From: an uncultured Candidatus Saccharibacteria bacterium
GTDB lineage: Bacteria > Patescibacteriota > WWE3 > CAZQFB01
Assembly: GCA_964592525.1 (NCBI GenBank)
Contig: CAZQFB010000002.1
Span: forward strand, 3,310 to 67,309
Reading direction: 5' to 3'
DNA: 64,000 nucleotides
Part shown: in pieces, positions 59,967 through 64,000 of the stretch
Numbering within the stretch: the first letter of the stretch is position 1
How the letters are laid out: each line of letters opens with the position of its first letter
Made by a program: the position numbers and the translations under genes
Notes under the pieces: generated by a model
What the model was told of the DNA's origin: nothing
The model's database searches: none
Seen by the model: the letters and a program-made list of their open reading frames with translations, nothing else

Positions 59967-60242
59967 CTACACGCGTGGGCTGTCCTCTAGAGCTAGTGGT
60001 TCAGGCTCGTCTTCTACCAGCTCAACGCGGACTTGACGATTTTCCTTGAGCGCTTTTAGACGGATTAGGGTGCGGATGGAGCGAATCGTTCGCCCGGCCT
60101 TGCCAATCACCATGCCTTTATCTTCTGGGGATACCTGGATAAGGTACTGCTCCAGCTCCCCTTCTTGTGGTTCTTTTTTGATCATCACTTCCTTCGGGTT
60201 TTGCACAATAGAGGTGACCAGATACTCAAGCAGTTTCTGCAT
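59967..60242 (-). CDS. KH-domain RNA-binding protein (YlqC-like)
   Basis: VIGKAGRTIRSIRTL KH motif; between rpsP and trmD; start taken at internal ATG. Confidence 0.75.
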   Translation of the reverse strand: MQKLLEYLVTSIVQNPKEVMIKKEPQEGELEQYLIQVSPEDKGMVIGKAGRTIRSIRTLIRLKALKENRQVRVELVEDEPEPLALEDSPRV

Positions 60243-60594
60243 CTGGTGGTTCCTCGGTTTCTGGGGGCGTTGGGGTTGCTGTTTCGGCAACAGGCTCGGC
60301 TTGCTCGCTTACTGTCTCATCATTTACCGATTTTTTATTTGCTTCGTAGGGTATATAGACATAGGTACCCTCAAGCAGTTTTTTAATAGCTGTGGTTGGT
60401 TGGGCTCCCGCTTTAAGCCAGTGCTGGTAACGTTGTTCATCAATTTTAAATTCGGGGCTGGGTAGGCTGGGGTTGTAATAACCCAAGATCTCAATAAACT
60501 TGCCATCTCTGGGTGCTAAGGCATCAGCCACCACCACTCTAAACGAGGGCTTATTTTTTTTACCGGTTCTGGTTAATCTTATTCTTGTGGCCAT
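60226..60594 (-). CDS. rpsP: 30S ribosomal protein S16 with C-terminal extension
   Basis: MATRIRLTRTGKKNKPSFRVVVAD N-terminus. Confidence 0.9.
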   Translation of the reverse strand: MATRIRLTRTGKKNKPSFRVVVADALAPRDGKFIEILGYYNPSLPSPEFKIDEQRYQHWLKAGAQPTTAIKKLLEGTYVYIPYEANKKSVNDETVSEQAEPVAETATPTPPETEEPPDAETA

Positions 60595-61286
60595 AGCTTG
60601 TGGATGGCTTTTTTAGCAGCATCTTGCTCCGCTTTTTGTTTACTTTTGCCGTTGCCGGTACATATATTTTTGCCATTGATATTTACCGCTACGGAAAATT
60701 GCTTGTCGTGGTCAGGTCCCCACTCTTTAACGACCTCGTAAGTGGGAGTAGCACTATGGGTTTCCTGCGCTTTTTCTTGAAACAGACTTTTAAAATCCTT
60801 AAAGGTCTGATTTTCAATAATACTGTTAAGCTTGGGAAATAGTACCCGTTCTAGCAGTTTCTGGCAAGAGTCTATCCCTTGTTCTAAGAATAGCGCTCCC
60901 AGAAAAGCTTCAAAGGTATTGGCGAGGATGTATTCTCTATCCCGACCACCACTAGCCTCTTCACCTTTAGCAAGGTATAGATACTGACCTAATTGTAGTT
61001 GTTTGGCTGTCTCGGCTAAGGATACGGTGTTAACCAAAGCGGAACGGTAGTTGGTTAACAACCCCTCATCCTCTGTAAATTGGGTATATAAATAAAAACT
61101 GGTGAGAAACTGTAACACCGCATCACCTAAAAACTCTAAACGTTCGTTGGAAGGTAGTGAAAAATCTTGGTTTTCGTTGAGGTAGGAGCGATGGACAAAA
61201 GCATTACGAATTAAGGCCGAGCTGGTAAAATCCACTGTTAATATGTCTCTTAATTCTGGGGACAGATTTTCACTCGTCAATTTCAT
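60579..61286 (-). CDS. rnc: Ribonuclease III
   Basis: ERLEFLGDAVL signature, C-terminal dsRBD. Confidence 0.9.
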   Translation of the reverse strand: MKLTSENLSPELRDILTVDFTSSALIRNAFVHRSYLNENQDFSLPSNERLEFLGDAVLQFLTSFYLYTQFTEDEGLLTNYRSALVNTVSLAETAKQLQLGQYLYLAKGEEASGGRDREYILANTFEAFLGALFLEQGIDSCQKLLERVLFPKLNSIIENQTFKDFKSLFQEKAQETHSATPTYEVVKEWGPDHDKQFSVAVNINGKNICTGNGKSKQKAEQDAAKKAIHKLWPQE

Positions 61287-61521
61287 CTAAATGATCCTTA
61301 ATTAAATCAATCATATTTTGGACGGTAATTATTTCTTTAAGTTCTTTCTTGGTAATAGTGATACCAAATAGTTCTTCAATTTTTATGACAATATGTTCAA
61401 AATCTTCAGGGGCGGCGTTGAGGTCATTTTTTAGTTCGCTGCTGGGTACAATTTCCTCAATTTCTACGCCCAGACTTTCTGAAATAATGGCGATGACTTG
61501 GTCAGTTGTTGATGGGTTCAT
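61270..61521 (-). CDS. Acyl carrier protein-like protein lacking the phosphopantetheine-attachment Ser
   Basis: ACP-like helix pattern; DLNAAPEDFEHIV aligns to DLGADSLDTVELV with Pro at the Ser position; acp-rnc synteny. Confidence 0.6.
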   Translation of the reverse strand: MNPSTTDQVIAIISESLGVEIEEIVPSSELKNDLNAAPEDFEHIVIKIEELFGITITKKELKEIITVQNMIDLIKDHLDEIDE

Positions 61522-61946
61522 TGTGCCTCCTGATGTTCTTCTCTAACAAAAGACCCCAGAACGCCATTGATGAAGCTGCTTGATTGCTCGCCTCCATATT
61601 CCTTGGCTAATTCTACCCCCTCATCAATAGCCACCTTTAAAGGTGCTGGGTTATCTTGATCAAAGTGTAATTCAAACAAAGCAATTCTTAAACAAGTCAG
61701 ATCAATCGGGTCAATCTGGTCTACCTCCCAATCGGGAGCATATTTAGTGATGATTTGATCAATTTCCGCTTGGTGCTGGTGGACGCCCGTGATGATCTTA
61801 TTATAAAGTGTGGTTTCATAATTAGTGATGTTATTAACTTCGGCGAAAGCACTGACCGCTTCAGGCGTATCATCCTGATGAAAGGTTTCAGTGTAAAGAT
61901 GAGCGAGCGCAATTCTTCTGGAGTTGTGACGAATATCGGTGGGCAT
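61518..61946 (-). CDS. nusB: Transcription antitermination factor NusB
   Basis: RRIALAHLY and FINGVLG motifs; start taken at ATG right after rpmF stop. Confidence 0.85.
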   Translation of the reverse strand: MPTDIRHNSRRIALAHLYTETFHQDDTPEAVSAFAEVNNITNYETTLYNKIITGVHQHQAEIDQIITKYAPDWEVDQIDPIDLTCLRIALFELHFDQDNPAPLKVAIDEGVELAKEYGGEQSSSFINGVLGSFVREEHQEAQ

Positions 61947-61947
61947 G

Positions 61948-62112
61948 TTATTTATTTCTTTGACACTTACATTCGCGATGGGCAAGAACATACTCACCGC
62001 AAGCAGGGCATTTGCGAGCAGCGGTTAATTTGAGCACGACTTGTTTGAGCGCGTGGTGCGAACGTCCTGCTCGGGTTCGGGCTTTTGATTTTCGTTTTTT
62101 TGGTACAGCCAT
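61948..62112 (-). CDS. rpmF: 50S ribosomal protein L32 (54 aa, below ORF-track threshold)
   Basis: Manual translation MAVPKKRKSKARTRAGRSHHALK ... CPACGEYVLAHRECKC. Confidence 0.8.
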   Translation of the reverse strand: MAVPKKRKSKARTRAGRSHHALKQVVLKLTAARKCPACGEYVLAHRECKCQRNK

Positions 62113-62284
62113 TTGTTTAGTATAAACTTTCTGCGACCCTTTTTAAAAGGAGCTTTTAGTGATTACTTGGGGATTATAGGGAATTACCTCTACTTGTCAA
62201 CTGAAACGTTTTTTTGGCATCTGCGTTTGTTAAACAAGGCAATAACTTGAGGTTTTTTCTTGTTACAATCTATGAAGACTGTTT

Positions 62285-64000
62285 ATGATTAATAAGTATT
62301 TTTTTACATTAAGCCTCGGGATCTTGGTCACGCTGATTGTCAGTAGTCCTTGGCTGGAAAGCTCACTGGAAACCACTGCACTGGTATTTGTTTTTATTTT
62401 GCTCATGTCGCTAGCTTTTATTTTCTGCTTGCTAAGTAAGCAGCTCGTATTACCAAGAGCAGTTGTCATAAATTTTATTATTCTTTGTCTGCTCTTAACT
62501 GTTTCGGTCAGTCTGTCGGTGGTTATGCAACCCAGTTTAAGCGAAGCGCTGCGTTGGTATCTTGTGGCTTTAATTGTGTTAGTTAGCGCTTTAGTAGCTA
62601 GCAAAGACTACGCTCAAGAGGTGCTCATTAAGGCGCTGTTATTGAGTAGTTTGCTGGCAGTGGTCTGGTCTTTTTATCTTTACCAGCAAATGGATCCGGT
62701 CGTTACTCTCCGGCGCATGAGCGGGCTTTTAGCCAGTAGCAATGCTTGGGGTGGTTTTGTACTACTGTTTGTTCCGCTGGTCTTAGACAGAGCTTTAAAG
62801 GGTAAAGGTTGGCGCGGGCTTTGCTACTCCTTATTTCTGGGTGGTTTGGTGAGCACGGTGATTCTGTCACAAGCGCGCGCGTCTTGGTTGGCGATGGTGG
62901 TGGGTGTGAGTGTGGTCTTGTTTTGCCACCGCTTTCAGTGGCGCAGGATCGTGGTGGTTGGTGGCTATCTAATGGTTACTTGCTTGGCTTTGCTGGCTTT
63001 GTTTTATGCTCCCCGGTTGCTAGTGAGTAGGGTTTTTTCACAACCGCTATTAGAGTCAGAAACTGCAGCGACCAGCGAGGAAATGACTAGGGTTGATACG
63101 GCTTTTGTGCATCGGTACTCGCTTTGGCGCAATTCCTGGCGTTTAATCAAAGACTACCCCCTATTTGGGATTGGTTTGGGTAACTTTGGTCGGGTTTACC
63201 ACCAGTACCAGTCGGAAGCTTGGCTTTTTGCTACTGATCCGCATAATGATTACCTTGCGCTGTTAACTCAATTGGGTTCGGGGGGAGCAGTTTTTGTTGT
63301 GGTGGGGGGGGTGTATTGCTTACGTCGCTTAAAAAAAGTTACGCACACAGGTGAGGAAAACGCGATTGCCTTTTGGGGTATTTTGCTAGCTGTGGCGACA
63401 CACATGTTACTGGAGAACAGTACAGCGGTGTTGAGTAGTTTGGTGATACTAGCGGTGCTGGGGGGTATTATCTTGGCGAACTCGGCAAGTGTGCCTGCTA
63501 AATTGCCGCTCAAGCGAGGCTGTTTGCTGTTAGTCATATTTATGTTGGGGTTAAGTAGTTGGCACTATTTAGCAGTGCGGTTTTTTCAGAAAGCGGAGCG
63601 AGCTAGGGCAGCAGGTAATTTACAGGTGGCAGCGGAGTATTATCAAAGGTCAATCAATCTCAACCCGTATCAAGCCTATAATTATGAGCGTTTAGGTACG
63701 CTTGCCTTTAGCCAGCAAGAATATCAGGTAGCCAAACATCTTTTCACCCGCTCGCTGGCAGTGGATCCCACGATCTCGGAGGTTCATGGTCAGTTGGCAG
63801 TAACACATTATGCTTTAGGGGAAAGTGACAGCGCGGAAGCGGCGTTTTTAGAAGCCATTACAAGATCACCTTATGCTACGCCTCGCTATTATAATGCCTT
63901 GGCAAGATTTTATCTGGAACAAGGTCGGGCGGATAAAGCTTTAGTGGTCTATGAACAGGCAGTGGCTAATTTTCCTCTCAATGACATTTGGTTTACTTAC
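62285..64000 (+). CDS. O-antigen ligase-like (Wzy_C-type) polytopic membrane protein with C-terminal TPR repeats; 3' end outside window
   Basis: Manual translation from ATG 62285 stays open to the window end (frame checked at five positions); GIGLGNFG ... DPHNDYL motif; TPR-like C-terminus; absent from ORF track because no stop in window. Confidence 0.65.
   Translation, partial: MINKYFFTLSLGILVTLIVSSPWLESSLETTALVFVFILLMSLAFIFCLLSKQLVLPRAVVINFIILCLLLTVSVSLSVVMQPSLSEALRWYLVALIVLVSALVASKDYAQEVLIKALLLSSLLAVVWSFYLYQQMDPVVTLRRMSGLLASSNAWGGFVLLFVPLVLDRALKGKGWRGLCYSLFLGGLVSTVILSQARASWLAMVVGVSVVLFCHRFQWRRIVVVGGYLMVTCLALLALFYAPRLLVSRVFSQPLLESETAATSEEMTRVDTAFVHRYSLWRNSWRLIKDYPLFGIGLGNFGRVYHQYQSEAWLFATDPHNDYLALLTQLGSGGAVFVVVGGVYCLRRLKKVTHTGEENAIAFWGILLAVATHMLLENSTAVLSSLVILAVLGGIILANSASVPAKLPLKRGCLLLVIFMLGLSSWHYLAVRFFQKAERARAAGNLQVAAEYYQRSINLNPYQAYNYERLGTLAFSQQEYQVAKHLFTRSLAVDPTISEVHGQLAVTHYALGESDSAEAAFLEAITRSPYATPRYYNALARFYLEQGRADKALVVYEQAVANFPLNDIWFTY

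Noticed and set aside
62263-63537. Track ORFs 62263-62604 (-), 62809-63030 (+) and 63268-63537 (-)
   Set aside because: All lie inside a much longer plus-strand ORF (62285 to window end) with O-antigen-ligase-like motifs that the track omits because it lacks an in-window stop.

Overview
The window looks like part of a small, gene-dense genome of a monoderm-type bacterium (type IV pilus cluster without a secretin, two LytR_C/LCP proteins, Firmicute-like acp-rnc synteny); a CPR/Patescibacteria-like origin is plausible but not provable from sequence alone. All calls are from manual reading of the six-frame track and the DNA; no database search was run, so family names are motif-based and coordinates of hairpins and repeats are approximate. 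TGA, TAA and TAG all act as stops, and GTG/TTG starts are common. Conserved backbone: rpsF-ssb-rpsR, an S41 C-terminal peptidase, a Y-family polymerase, RF1 next to rpmE, hisS, dnaB, tRNA-Leu(CAA), efp, an RluA-family pseudouridine synthase, a YebC-like protein, a tyrosine recombinase, gyrA and gyrB, holB, a full type IV pilus locus (pilB-pilT-pilC-pilin-pilD-minor pilins-two large secreted proteins-pilMNO), and the trmD/rpsP/rnc/acp/nusB/rpmF cluster. The most interesting candidates are: (1) a tandem array of three pentapeptide-repeat paralogs built from shuffled modules about 3 kb from gyrA, plus a small zinc-ribbon/Cys-rich/acidic-protein operon directly downstream of gyrA; (2) a tandem triplication of a bitopic surface-protein family with duplicated promoter-terminator modules and an internal repeat expansion; (3) an RF1 ORF lacking domain 1, abutting an rpmE ORF with a long C-terminal extension; (4) a membrane domain fused to a cysteine-less DksA/TraR-like domain; (5) an ACP homolog with Pro at the phosphopantetheine Ser position. 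The ORF track omits ORFs that run off the window edge: a long O-antigen-ligase-like ORF (62285 to the end) was found only by manual translation.
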